A stretch of DNA of 64,000 bases from Rhodosorus marinus CCMP1338. Taxonomy: Eukaryota > Plantae > Rhodophyta. The stretch spans positions 1 to 64,000 of the forward strand of contig JAMWBK010000005.1 of NCBI GenBank assembly GCA_029953675.1, read 5' to 3'. The position numbers were made by a program, and so were the translations under genes. Numbering within the stretch: the stretch's first letter is position 1; each line of letters starts with the position of its first letter. A model generated the notes under the pieces. That model worked only from the letters and a program-made list of their open reading frames with translations, ran no database searches and was not told the DNA's origin. Positions 35,075-47,070 of this stretch are shown one piece after another.

Positions 35075-35571
35075 AATATAGCACCACCCCGTTGTATAGC
35101 CGATCTCCTCGTCTCCGACGCTGCTGCCAGACGCTCAACATATGTGGACCTTGCGATTACCTGTCCCGTGGCCAGCGCCCACCTCACCGCAGCCGCCCAC
35201 CTCACCGCAGCCGCCCACCGCCGGGGGACCGCGGCTTCAGCCCTTCGAAGAGTTAAGGAACGACGGTATGCTGAGAGCATGGCCAGTCTGCCTTGCGCTG
35301 AGGGTCGCTCTCACCGGTTCCAGCCATTCACTGTGGAAAGCTTTGGTCACGTGGATAAGTCGGGTTTCGAGTGGTTGCGGAAATGTTTTGCTGAGCATCC
35401 TACTCAACATTTGGCGCTCTTGAGGCGTTTAAGTGTCTCCCTTTGGCGATATTCCAGCGACCTGCTTTCCGAGGCGCGACATCGGCGCCTGGGGTTGCAT
35501 GCTTCCCTCCCTAGTTATTAGTTCATCTTCACGCCTTCCGTAGCGCTTCAGGCTATGCAAGTAAAGTCCAG
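35075..35571 (+). mobile_element. Family B 3' fragment
   Basis: RLE C-terminus ending LHASLPSY, with an 18-bp internal duplication (AAAHLT) and tail. Confidence 0.85.
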
Positions 35572-35682
35572 TCCATTATAGAGAAGGACCCTTTTGTACT
35601 TCGCCGCGCTTAGTCTTTTTTTCCCCTCGGGGTTTTTTTTTCAGCCTCCGATTAAACCATTCGTTCGTTTTGTACGGATATA

Positions 35683-36605
35683 ATGGACTTTACTAGCATA
35701 GCCTGAAGCGCTACGCAAGGCGTGAAGATGAACTAATAACTAGGGAGGGAAGTATGCAACCCCAGGCGCCGATGGCGCGCCTCGGACAGCATGTCGCTGG
35801 AATATCGCCAAAGGGAGACACTTAAACGCCTCAAGAGCGCCAAATATTCAGTAGGATGCTCAGCAAAACATTTCCGCAACCACTCTAAACCCGACTTATC
35901 CACGTGACCAAAGCTTTCCACAATGAATGGCTGGAACCGGTGAGAGCGACCCTCAGCGCAAGGCAGACTGGCCATGCTCTCAGCATACCGTCGTTCCTTA
36001 ACTCTTCGAAGGGCTGAAGCCGCGGCCCCCCGGCGGCGGGCGGCTGCGGTGAGTTGGGCGCTGGCCACGGGGCAGGTAATCGCAAGGTCCACATATGTTG
36101 AGCGTCTGGCAGCAGCGTCGGAGACGAGGAGATCGGCTATACAACGGGGCGGTGCAGAGTCCGAGATGGATCTGGGCAGTTCCGACTCAACCTCAACCGT
36201 ATGCCCTATCCGAGTCAAAGATTCGCTGAGGATGTACTTGAGGCGAGTGTGACGTCTCGTACGGAGACCTCGCAACAGTCCGCAGGAACCCAGGAAGTGG
36301 TAGCCACAAGCGTCAATCCGGCTCTCACATCCCTGACAGAAAGACGGCCGATTAGAGTGCCACGGAGCCTGTGGCAAACCGAGATAGATCCGTGCGGCAG
36401 AACGGAACTGGAAAGCATCGAGACGATGACTCAATGACGACGGTAGAGTGGTTAACCACAAGTGCGAGAGGTGGCCTCCCATGCCGCGGAGACGAGCGGC
36501 AGTGGTAGGCGGCGTGAGAGGAGAATTGAGCATGACTGTGTGAGCGGCACTGTGTTGGCCCCAGGTGAGGCTATGTTGAATCACATCAGTGCGGGAGCTC
36601 CACAA
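35683..36605 (-). mobile_element. Family B 5'-truncated copy
   Basis: Nearly identical to 8900-9830. Confidence 0.88.
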
Positions 36606-36629
36606 TCTAATTCCACCTCTACATGTCAC

Positions 36630-38038
36630 TTCATTGGGGTATTTTCTCGATGAAGAGCTGAGCGCTCTGCCGCGACCCACCTGTGATGTTGTGCGCGCCC
36701 AGGTAGGCCTCCCATTGCGATTGGGGGGACTGGGCCTCTGCAATCGTATTGTGGTCCAACCTGCAGCCGCAGTAGGGGCCTGGGGAACCGCACTTCCCAC
36801 TTTGAGCAGCTTGGGTATCTCGAAGTTCCGCAATTTGATGGCGAGCCTCTCGCGGGGTGTCTTGCTTCCCAGCGTACCGGAAAGCGCCCAAGACTTATTT
36901 CTGGAGCTCCAAACCGCCCTGAATTCCTGTACTAGTCTCCCCGAAACCGTTCAACCCCGTCTTCCTGACTGGCGAGCTGTATTTGACCGCTCTCGAGGCT
37001 CCGCCCCGGGGATTCGTCCTGCGCCTGAACCTGTTCTAGGGGAGATTGACCCAGTGGTTGCCGCAGAAGAAGAAGTTCCAGTTGATCCTCCTGATGATTC
37101 CCAGCGCGCTGGGAGCCGAGCTCAAGCACGCACGGATGCGCTGCAAAATATCCTTTCTTGGGACTTGCACCGTGCTCCATATGGCCGACTCCTCGCGCAG
37201 ATGGTCTCATCTTCTCGCGCTCGCGCCCGCCTACGTAGTCTTGGAGGGGTTATTAGCTCTCAGTGGCTCATGACCGTACCAGCCTTTCCGCCACTCACAC
37301 TGTCGGATTTCGAAGTGCGTACTTCACTGCGCTTATACCTCGGCTTACATCAGCCCCCTTGGCCGTACGAGATGGGTTCGTCGTGCCCTCTCTGCTCTCA
37401 GACTGAAGACAACGCAGATTTTGGCGCCCACCTGCTCGCTAGTTGCCCGGCGGTGAAAGGTGCTCGAACCCGCCGCCACACACGGATCTTGAACCTGTTA
37501 TACCGGGAACTTCGGCCTATAGTCCGGCAAGCCGGTCTGGAAATCGAACGTGAGAAACCTTTACCCGTCGCGGACTTTCAAAATGATGAACGCCGTGTAG
37601 CCGACCTGGTGATCACCTGTGACGACAGCCGCCCTACCACATACGTTGATCTTGCTGTTCCTAACCCTCAAGCTAGTCGTTATCTCCCGGCTGCGGGGGA
37701 GCGCCGTGGATCTGCCGCCGCCAGCATGAGACGCCGCAAAGAGATCAAATACGCGGGGGCTTTGTCTTCCCCTGGTGTTCGTGCTTCGGCACTAGCACAT
37801 CGCTTGGTACCCCTGATCATTGAGTGCTTTGGGTTCATGGACTCTGTTGGTTCTCGCTGGCTTCGGGAGTTGTTCCGCGAACGCCCTGACCGTCTTCAAT
37901 CGTTGTTTACCCGCTTAAGTTTCCTGCTGTGGCGCATGAATGCCGCTTTGATGTTGGAGGCGCGAGTACTTCGCCGCGCTTAGTCTTTTTTTCCCCTCGG
38001 GGTTTTTTTTTCAGCCTCCGATTAAACCATTCGTTCGT
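36630..38038 (+). mobile_element. Family C 5'-truncated copy (thumb-RLE, ends LEARVLRRA) with 3' UTR
   Basis: Reverse-complement match to 10611-12030. Confidence 0.9.
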
Positions 38039-38140
38039 AGGTGAGGCTCTGTTGAATCACATCAGTTCGTGAGCTCCACAATCGGCTCAGACCCGGGAAA
38101 TCTGTAGCCGGTGACCCGGGGCTAGCTTCTGCCTCGTCTG

Positions 38141-39400
38141 CGAGTATGCTGTCTCTTAGCTTGGGCCCTTGCTCCACGCAGGTGGAGTTACAGGGTGCCT
38201 CTGGCAGTCAAATGCGCGCCCTACTTTCCGCGGTCACTAGCCTCATCACTGCTCCGGGTGATCGAGGCGTCCTGCCCCAGCTCACCCAGAAGCTTGCTGG
38301 GCTGGAATCGGGACTGCTCCAGAGTGCTAATTCAAACTCTGCCGGAAATTTGAACTCCGCCAGAATGGCCACGTTGACTGAAAACAGTCAACATCCCCGG
38401 ACAATCAACATGGACCTGTCCCGGGACGGGCGAGGGTGGCTGGGCCTGCATGGGACAGTGAGGCGTTGAGCTGTGGCAGGCCGGGCCAGAACGGGCTTCA
38501 GCGCTCGGGGATCGGAGGCAACGGCGGTGCTGCCGGTGAGATAACCGGTTTGGCGGAGAATGAAGCTGTGTGTCCATTGTTAGCACCCCCTGCACCTGGA
38601 GCGGATTTCCCGGTTCTGGGTGGTGCCTCATGGGTCAACGGCTTCGGGCCAAGGCTGGAGCCAGTGATCGCCCCAAGGCGGGGCCCTTATACATCGCCGC
38701 GCTAAAGGACACTACTGCCCGTACGGCGGCTGTGCTTCGGTACCCGCCCGCTACAGAGGCTTCGGGTCGACCGTCCGAGGCTACTCTGCAGTTCGTCTGG
38801 GTGGGCAACGTTCGGCCCCAGACAACTCGGGGCCAAGTACTGAATGTGCGTGAATTTGGCAACATCTTTGCAGAATCGTTGGGCTGCCGTCGCGAGGGTT
38901 TTTTCTTCGCCAATACTGAGGGTCGCGACGTTCTTTTCCTCGTTACAGCGGGGCGCCGCCACTTATCTCCAAGCGTTGCTCGCGACGCCAATCGAGCAGT
39001 GGCCAGAAAGCGCACGATGGTAACGTGCGCACCCACAGGTTACCATGCACTTCGCGCTCGACCGGTTTTCCGGTCACTTTTTTTCCCGGGGGCAGACTGA
39101 AGGGCTCTCCGAGCATGACAGCAACGTTAAGGCGGCAGCCATCCATTGGCTGCGCGTTCAGCGCATAGGGAGGAGCTTGTTGGAGGGCTTCCGGTCAGGT
39201 CCACGTCATCTCCGCGCGGTCGTCTCCAACCTCTTTGACCAGGAGAGGCGCTTGTGTTGATCTCGCCTGACACGGCTGCACTACAGCGGATGGGGTTTTT
39301 GGATGGATCTGCTTCTAGTACCAGTTCCAGTGACAGTGGAGAGATTGGGGCGCCGGAGGGCATGACCGTTGAGTGAGTCCCGAACAATTCGTCGAACCCA
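38141..39400 (+). pseudogene. Decayed ORF1 type D
   Basis: LQFVWVGNVRP..FAESLGC..FFFA..EGRDVLFLV; KAAAIHWLRV; GPRHLR. Frameshifts and stops. Confidence 0.75.
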
Positions 39401-39805
39401 GAAGGCAATATACTGCGATCATCGCGGAGCGGGTGTCTGACTACTTTAGGGCGGCCATCCAGCAAGTGGGCTGGGACCGACTTGCCCTGGCCTAAAACCC
39501 GCGTCGCACCCAAACCTGCGGCGTGGGTTTAGGGGGTCAGGCGCCTGTCTTCCCTTACGATGAGAGTCCTGACCCGACGGTGTCGTCTTTGCTCCCCTCC
39601 CCCCAGGTGGACGCTCCCACCACCAACGTAACCCCGTTTTGGACTCCCTCAATTTGGATCCATCCAAGAGGACCGAATCTGACCCCTCTGAGACCCCAAA
39701 AATGACCCCGAAATCAAAATCTGAGACCATCCAAATCAGCCAGCCAAATACATACCGCTTCCCCCCTCGAAATCGGGTTCCTTGGACCCTCGAAAGTCAA
39801 TAACC

Positions 39806-40355
39806 TACAGACTACTTCACGAACTCGAATCTACAACCTGACTTGGTAGATATACACCCTCGAACATGGCAACGATTTGCGATCGATGTGACGGTGGTGT
39901 CACCCCTACAGGCGAGACACCTACCCAACAGCAAAGACAACAATGGTTATGCAGCAAAACAGGCGGAGCGTTGGAAACTTGCACACTACAAGGAGGCGAT
40001 GGTGACAGAGCATCCAGATGACAAACTGATTCCGATTGCGATAGAAACCTTCGGCCGAACAGGGCAGATGACCCAAGACTTTCTCCCTGAGGGCTGTGAG
40101 CACATGCTAACTAAGCAGTACGAGTTGAGCAACGTGCGGGCTCAACTAAACAGAACACTTTGGGCAGGGAACGCAGAGCTCGCGTTAGGGGCTTTGCGCG
40201 TGGATCAGTCGGACCAGCCACTGATCCCTTATTTTTCTTTTTTATCGTAGCTAGAGACCCCCCGGGAGACGGGGTTGAACACACGCATTTTCCTTAGATC
40301 TTGATAGAATTAGTGTTGCGCTGCATTAGGCAGTTGCCGAGTAAAGTTTACAGTT
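39806..40355 (+). mobile_element. Family A4 3' fragment ending in telomere remnants (40354-40405)
   Basis: Reverse-complement match to 15609-16160. Confidence 0.88.
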
Positions 40356-40439
40356 ACGTTAGTCGGTGTCAGTCTGGGGGAAAAGTTAAGTTTACGGTTA
40401 CGTTAGAGTCTGTGGTTTCAAGTCTTGAGAAGATAGTTT

Positions 40440-41777
40440 CGAAAGCGAATGGTGGAGGTGATGACGAACGTGGGAGAACCCCCCCCGGGGTGGGGAGGGA
40501 ATGTTGATCGACGAGGGTGCTCTGCGGGGAGACGATTGCGGTCGCGCAACTCAGCTTGAGGAGGGAGAAATTGAAGAAGACTCTGGGCAGTATGTGCATG
40601 AGGTTACCCAGGGCAATACTCCATCGGCGGCTACAATGGATACCGCGTCAACACAGTCAGAAGAGAACTTTCTAGAGGACTTCATGGAGAAGCTCTCCAA
40701 GTACACCGCCCTTTTACGAAGACGTTGGGGTGGCAGTCGCTGAGATGCAGCGTTTTTTCGTTAATGTCGACCGATTGTACACCAGGGCAGCCACAACGGC
40801 TGACCTGAAGGGGATTAATGATCATCTGGAGCGTTTGGGCGCAAACCCCATGCTGTGGAACCCCTCGGAAGTGCCACAAGAAGGTCACCCCCGCCGTGGA
40901 CCGAACCAGAAGATACCCTATCAACTTGGGAGTCAATCCACAAATCAGTCAACAGAGAAAGTATGGGGTGGGACACCGCGAGTCGCACACCATGGGACAA
41001 CAGCAACTGGGACAGCGGAGTCCGGGACAGTCCGAGGTGGGACACCAGGATCCAGCATTCCCCGCCTTGGGACATACCCCTCCCAGTGGCACGTACGCAC
41101 AGCGTGCGGCCAAGGCAGCCGGAATGCGTCAGCAGACAGCCCTCAGACAACTGCACGCCACGGTTGGAGGAAGTAGATGGGGCCCCGATACACACCCGGT
41201 GCTCGCGACGCTGCGCAACGTACGCCCGCCGCGCAACGAATTGGTGGCGCTCTCGGATTACAAACAGGTCCTGTCCACAGCGTTGGGTATTCCGGTACAC
41301 CTGATTGCGCATATCGATTTTGTTGCCACCCACGCACTGCTGGTATGTCATCCTGACGCGATACCGTTGATCACCAGCGCCATTGCGAGGGGAGTGTTCC
41401 GCTCAGGTGTGTTTGGATCTTTCGCGAGACGCCGCCAAGATCACCAGGTAACAATTCACACCGGAGTCGAGCCAGAAGCGCGCAACCTGATCGGGTACAA
41501 TGAGAGGCTCACACTGCAGTCACATGAAGTTAGCCAACGCACCCTTGAACGAGCCATTGAACAGATGGAGAGAGTTAAGCGCCAAATTTCCCTGCGGTCG
41601 ATGCCGTTTACTACCTCGGCTGGTGATCAACGGTATCGCGTCAGGATGACATACCAGCAGTGCAAATGGGTGGCAACAAAATCGATATGCGCAATCAGGT
41701 GTACCGGAATACCCAACGCTGTGGACAGGACCTGTTTGTAATCCGAGAGCGCCACCAATTCGTTGCGCGGCGGGCGT
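40440..41777 (+). mobile_element. Truncated group A ORF1 of another variant, ending in an inverted duplication
   Basis: Frames 40501, 40730 and 40818 carry LRQLH.TV.G..WGP...LATLRNVRPPR; 41619-41777 is the reverse complement of 41222-41378. Confidence 0.8.
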
Positions 41778-41990
41778 TAGTCTGGGGTTATTAGTGTTGC
41801 GCTGCATTAGGCAGTTGCCGAGTAAAGTTTACAGTTACGTTAGTCCAGTGTTTCAGTAGTGCGCTACGGTAGGTAGCAGCCGAATAAAGGCTACGGGGTT
41901 AGACGTAGTGTTGCGCTGCAGTAGGCAGCTGCCCAGTAAAGCTTACGGTTACGTTAGTCTGGGGTAAAGTGGTTTACGGTTTCGCTAGTC
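41778..41990 (+). repeat. Stack of three group A 3' tips (A4, A5, A3/A2 types) separated by telomere remnants
   Basis: Hairpins GCTGC-ATTAG-GCAGT, GCTAC-GGTAG-GTAGC and GCTGC-AGTAG-GCAGC, each followed by ARTAAA and (G)GTTA. Confidence 0.85.
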
Positions 41991-42037
41991 TGGGAACAAG
42001 CACAATTATACGGTGATATTTTATTAAAGAAAGCTTT

Positions 42038-43624
42038 ATGATCGAGAAGGAGACGCTGGGAAAGTACCCAGCACATCTCCGCCACCCGGGCACCAACGGC
42101 CCTGGCCCAGGCGAAGAGGGGGTGGGGACACCGAACGGGAGTCGGAGGCCAGAACCGAGCGGCAGGACAACAAGCACCCAGGATTTCGAAGCAGTGAACA
42201 CACAGGAGGCTTACAGGATGGAGACTCAAGAGGCAACAGGACCTGCGGCAGTCTTTTTGCACCAACTTCGCGCCTTCGACAGGTGCTATCAGGACTTGGG
42301 AATTGGCGAAGCAGTTATCGCGGACTTCTACAAGGCTGTATTCAAATTCTACTCACGGATTAACAGCACCATTGAACTCGAAGGAATTACCGCACGTCTC
42401 TCCGAGCTTTCAGCAAAACCTTATATGTGGCACGGTGGAGCCGCAGCACCGAACCCTTCCCAAATCCTGCAACAGCACCCGCCGACGGCGGCCATCAATC
42501 AACATGCAGCCGGAACGCGTCTCAATCAACTTCCGCTCAGGACAGGTGTCACGGTCCCAGTGGACTACGCAGAGGCCTTCCCAGTCATCGGGAATGGGAG
42601 TGCACAACCTACCTACGCTGAGCGCACGGCTCAGACAGCCTCAGTGCGCGGAGAAGCAGCACCAACCCGCACAGTAGGACGCCCAGGGCCGCAGACCCAG
42701 CAAGCAGCCCTGAGACAGCTGCACACTACGGTGGAGGGAGCAACCTGGGGACCAGAGACCAAACCGATCCTTGCCACCCTTCGAAACGTCCGCCCCCCAA
42801 GGCAGGATGATGTGGCACCTTCGGACTTCACCACCGTACTCTGCTGCGCGCTGGGAATCCCAGCTTCTCACATCGCGCATGTGGACTTCATCTCATCACA
42901 CGCAAGTTTGCTCTGCCATCCGGATGCAATCCCGATTGTACAAAGCGCTATCGCTCGAGGCGTTTTCAGAACAGGGATCTTTGGATCGTTCACACTGAGA
43001 CATCCTGACCGGCAAGTGACCCTCCACACAGGACAGGGACTGGAGGCTGACAACCTGTTGGGCTACAACGAAAGGCAAAGGATCACCCCAGCGGATATCC
43101 CAGCCCAGACGCTGCAACGAGCCATACAACAGATCATCAGGATTCGCGCGAGGCTCGGAAAGAGACACCTGTCGTTCTCTACTCTTGCAGCCATCCATGA
43201 GACGCTAGAAGAGCGTCTACGAGCGTTACAAGGCCTACAACATCCACCAGCGGTCGCCGGGGAGAGTGTGGAACCCCTTGAGACTGCAGCAGCTACACAC
43301 GCAGCCCCAGAAGCCTCGGCTCCTGACGGAGCCGCACAGGCAGCCCGCGGGACCGTTGACGCTTCGGGTGACTCCAGCGCCACGTCTCAACTACCACAGG
43401 TGGATGCCGAAGAGGAAAATCCACACGCCGAGCTCCCGCACAACCTTCCGGACCCCCCCCAACAGAAGCGCACACGCGTGACAGCGGCAGGCACATGCCA
43501 TGACACCGAGATGACTCTCGCAGCCCCAGAAGCATCTCAGCGTGATAACGATGCCCAGACGCCCTCCGAAGCCCACGATAATGCGATGGACATCCAGACA
43601 AGTCAGGAAGACAACCCCCAATAA
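42038..43624 (+). CDS. A2 ORF1 (528 aa)
   Basis: ATG to TAA open frame; core homologous to the ORF1s at 30-31 kb and 41 kb; KRTR basic motif near the C-terminus. Confidence 0.85.
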   Translation: MIEKETLGKYPAHLRHPGTNGPGPGEEGVGTPNGSRRPEPSGRTTSTQDFEAVNTQEAYRMETQEATGPAAVFLHQLRAFDRCYQDLGIGEAVIADFYKAVFKFYSRINSTIELEGITARLSELSAKPYMWHGGAAAPNPSQILQQHPPTAAINQHAAGTRLNQLPLRTGVTVPVDYAEAFPVIGNGSAQPTYAERTAQTASVRGEAAPTRTVGRPGPQTQQAALRQLHTTVEGATWGPETKPILATLRNVRPPRQDDVAPSDFTTVLCCALGIPASHIAHVDFISSHASLLCHPDAIPIVQSAIARGVFRTGIFGSFTLRHPDRQVTLHTGQGLEADNLLGYNERQRITPADIPAQTLQRAIQQIIRIRARLGKRHLSFSTLAAIHETLEERLRALQGLQHPPAVAGESVEPLETAAATHAAPEASAPDGAAQAARGTVDASGDSSATSQLPQVDAEEENPHAELPHNLPDPPQQKRTRVTAAGTCHDTEMTLAAPEASQRDNDAQTPSEAHDNAMDIQTSQEDNPQ

Positions 43625-46600
43625 TGCCGAGCCGACGTAGGGGAATCAAACGCAGACGGGAAGAGCCTCTTTTCTTCTCCAAGCGACAGGACTGGATTGA
43701 ACGCTGGAATGTCTTCGTCAACGATATCACGGACAGAGGTAGGTTGTGGACTCGTCTCGCACACTGTCCCGCCCCTACTCGACGTTTCGTGCCTCGCGCA
43801 CTCGTCAACGCCTGGAGCAGCCTCCTTCGGGTCGCCCTCGAGCTCACAATGGACCTCAGCGCACCAGTGAATGCCAGCCTCTTCCTCTCCGGGCTCCCAG
43901 GATTGGTCCTCGGGTATACTGCTCTTCATATCGGCACGCAGGTCACGCACGTACTCGAAGGCGAGTTTCACACAGTTTGGACTGCTCTCGAGGAATATGC
44001 CTCCAACCAGACACCTCGCACGGCACTAAGCGGACCTGAGATAGCTCAGAAACAGGCGCAAAGGCGCCGAAAACAGGCCCTGAAATTGGCACATCTCGGA
44101 CGCCTTTCACACGCGGCCCGACGATTACAGGCCACCGAACTGGCTCCATTTACCAACGCTACATGGCACCAATTGGAGGAACTCTTTCCGGACCCGACGG
44201 AGTGTTCCCTACCGGAGGAGGTCGACCAAGCCCTACAACTCCTGCTCTCCAAGGACACCGATAATCTCAGGAGAAGATGGAATGCTCGACAAGCAGCAGA
44301 TGAAGGTATTCTCGCGATAATAGCGCGGCTTCCCCAAGGTACCAGCCCCGGACCTAGTGGACTCCGAGCAGAACACCTGCAGGGGGCCACTCAGGACGTC
44401 CAAGTGGCTCTAATCCGCGTTCTCCGGCAACTAGCTACGGCACCAGAGAAGTTTGCACCCCCGATGACCTGGGCAATGCGCAGCAGCAGATTACTGCCGT
44501 TCGAAAAACCTACGAGCAACACAACCGCTGCAACGAGACCTGGCATCCGGCCGATTGGAGTCCCCGAAGTCCTCCGAAAGGTGGCGACACAGTGGATCCT
44601 TCGATCGGTTACCGACCGCGTCACCGAACTGCTCACACCTCTACAACTAGGCATCGGAGTTAGAGGTGGATGTGAACGATCACTACACGCGATCCAGGCC
44701 CATCTCTCGTGTGAACCTGACGCCGTCGTCTTACGGCTCGACCTGGAGAATGCGTTCAACCGCATCGGCCGCCGCATTGCAAAGCAAATCCTGGACCACC
44801 ATTTCCCCGAGCTTGAAGCGGTGTACCGGCTTGGCTACGGAAATGACAGCACGGATGCTCCTACACTCTTCGGATGGCGAGACAAACAAGGTCCAGACCA
44901 AGACGACACCCATCGCTTGACGCTTCGGGCCACAACGGGAGTTCAACAGGGAGATCCCCTAGGGCCAATCCTACATGCGCTCTCCCTGGCGCCTTTCTTG
45001 GAAGCATTGCACAACAAAGCCCCTAATTTAACCATTGTGGCGATACACGACGATATCACCATCGTAGGGCCGCTACAACTACTGAAAGATTCACTACACT
45101 GGGGCCAGGCACTACTTCCCTCACTCGGAGCCCGACTGCAGCTTGCCAAGTGCACCTTGTACGGCAACACGATGACCACGCCACGACTGCTCAGCCATGA
45201 CATCCCTGGCGTCACGGCAACGCGAGACGGAGTTACCATCCATTCCATTCCGATTGGAACACGCGCTTACATCCAAAGCGAGTGCCGGAAGATACAAAAC
45301 AACCACGAGAAACTATTCAAGGAGATAATTCACCTGCCCCCTGAGGAACTGAATACGAAAATGGCACTCTTCCGGTATTGTTCTGAACCCCGCCTAGACT
45401 ACTTTCTACGCAGCCTCGCCTACCCCTTTGGAAGAACACTGGACTTTACTGGACTTTACTAGCATAGCCTGAAGCGCTACGCAAGGCGTGAAGATGAACT
45501 AATAACTAGGGAGGGAAGAAGAACACTTGCACGGGAAGCGGACGCCCTGACGCGTTATCACCTCGATACGCTATTTGGAGGCCTCACTACTACGGACACC
45601 GAGGACCCTGACTACGAAAACTCTACACAAGCCCAGATCGCACTCCCCTGTCGATGGGGAGGCCTGGGACTCGCTACGAGACAACGGATCCAGCCCATCG
45701 CCTTCTACTCGGCCTGGTACGAAAGTTTCAAAGGTAATTCCGGGCAATGGCCATACCTCACCGAGGTACAAGCGCAATCTTCGTCAGAGGCACCTGCAGA
45801 CGACCACACACTGAGGAGAATCCAAAGGTCGACAGCACAGCTTGCTGACCAAATCCGCGAGTCTGCAGCAGCAACACAACGCAGACTGCGCCCAGAGGCC
45901 CCAGAGCGAATCAGGAGCCTGGCCACCCTGAAGCAGAGGACCGAAACCGCGCCAGGAGCAGAACAAGCCGACCCCCCAGCATGGAAACATGGTTCCATTC
46001 AACAAACCCTCTCCAGAGAGGCACACCATGCAGCTTTCCAAAGACTGCTATCCCACGGGCAAATTTCGGCTGAAGATCGGGCCAGAATTAGGTCCGCAGC
46101 TGGAGCCGGATCAGGAGTGTGGTTACGGGAAATGCCGACGCTCGCGCCGAAAAAACTGAGTACAGCAGAACTGCAAGTGAACGTACGACAGCTGTTGGGC
46201 TTGTCGATACGGGGAATACGGACATTGGGGATTGTGGTAGTAGTCATAGTACTAACGGCGTACAAAGGTTTCACCACTGCCCAACATCGACGGGACTATG
46301 GCAGCGAAGGCATGACGAAATCTGTACAGAGCTGGCGCGATGGCTGAATCGCTGGAATTTCATCGACATTAAGCAAGAACCGGAGGGGTACTTCGAGAAC
46401 TACCGACTAAGACCAGATATCATTGCCACTCATCCCAGGACGTTCCAAAGGTACGCGCCGGATGTGACGGTTACATCGCCACTGCAGGAGAAATACGTGA
46501 ACCGGAGTGAGTCAGAGAACGGGTATGCGGCAAACAGAACGGAGAGGTGGAAACTTGCGCATTACAAAGAAGCTATGTCCGTAGAGAAGCCAGAAGACAT

Positions 46601-46841
46601 GTTCATTCCGATTGTGATCTAGAGCTTTGGGCGTACAGGGCAAATGACCCAAGAATTTCTACGAGATAGCTGCAAGCATTTGTTGCACCGGAGCCTAGAA
46701 CTGAGCGATATTCGGGCTCAAATCAACAGGAAATTATGGCAGGGGAACGCGGAGATCGCGATAGCCGCTCTGCGAGTGGACCAGTTGGCGAATCCACTGG
46801 TCCCAGTTTTTTCTTTCGAACGTAGCATGAGACCCCGGTAG
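43624..46841 (+). pseudogene. A2 ORF2 (RT-RLE), disrupted
   Basis: 612-aa frame with RT motifs up to the insertion at 45441; remainder in frames 45530-46200, 46119-46622 and 46644-46841. Confidence 0.88.
45441..45517 (-). mobile_element. Family B 3' tip inserted in A2 ORF2 with a 10-bp TSD (GAAGAACACT)
   Basis: TSD at 45431-45440 and 45518-45527; removing the insert restores YPFGRTLAREAD. Confidence 0.9.
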
Positions 46842-46883
46842 CGGGGTTAGCGTAAGCTTTTCCCTAGATAGTAGTAGCACTAC

Positions 46884-47070
46884 GAACGAATGGTTTAATC
46901 GGAGGCTGAAAAAACCCGAGGGGAAAAAAAGACTAAGCGCGGCGAAGTACTCGCGCCTCCAACATCAAAGCGGCATTCATGCGCCACAGCAGGAAACTTA
47001 AACGGGTAAACAACGATTGAAGACGGTCAGGGCGTTCGCGGAACAACTCCCGAAGCCAGCGAGAACCAAC
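46884..47070 (-). mobile_element. Family C 3' fragment
   Basis: Matches 10620-10810. Confidence 0.85.

Larger units (their letters stand above)
41991..46875 (+). mobile_element. Near-full-length family A2 element; ORF2 interrupted by a family B tip
   Basis: Starts after a telomere remnant; intact ORF1; TAATG overlap at 43622-43626; ORF2 open to 45440, then insertion and later frameshifts; ends SFERSMRPR* at 46841. Confidence 0.92.
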
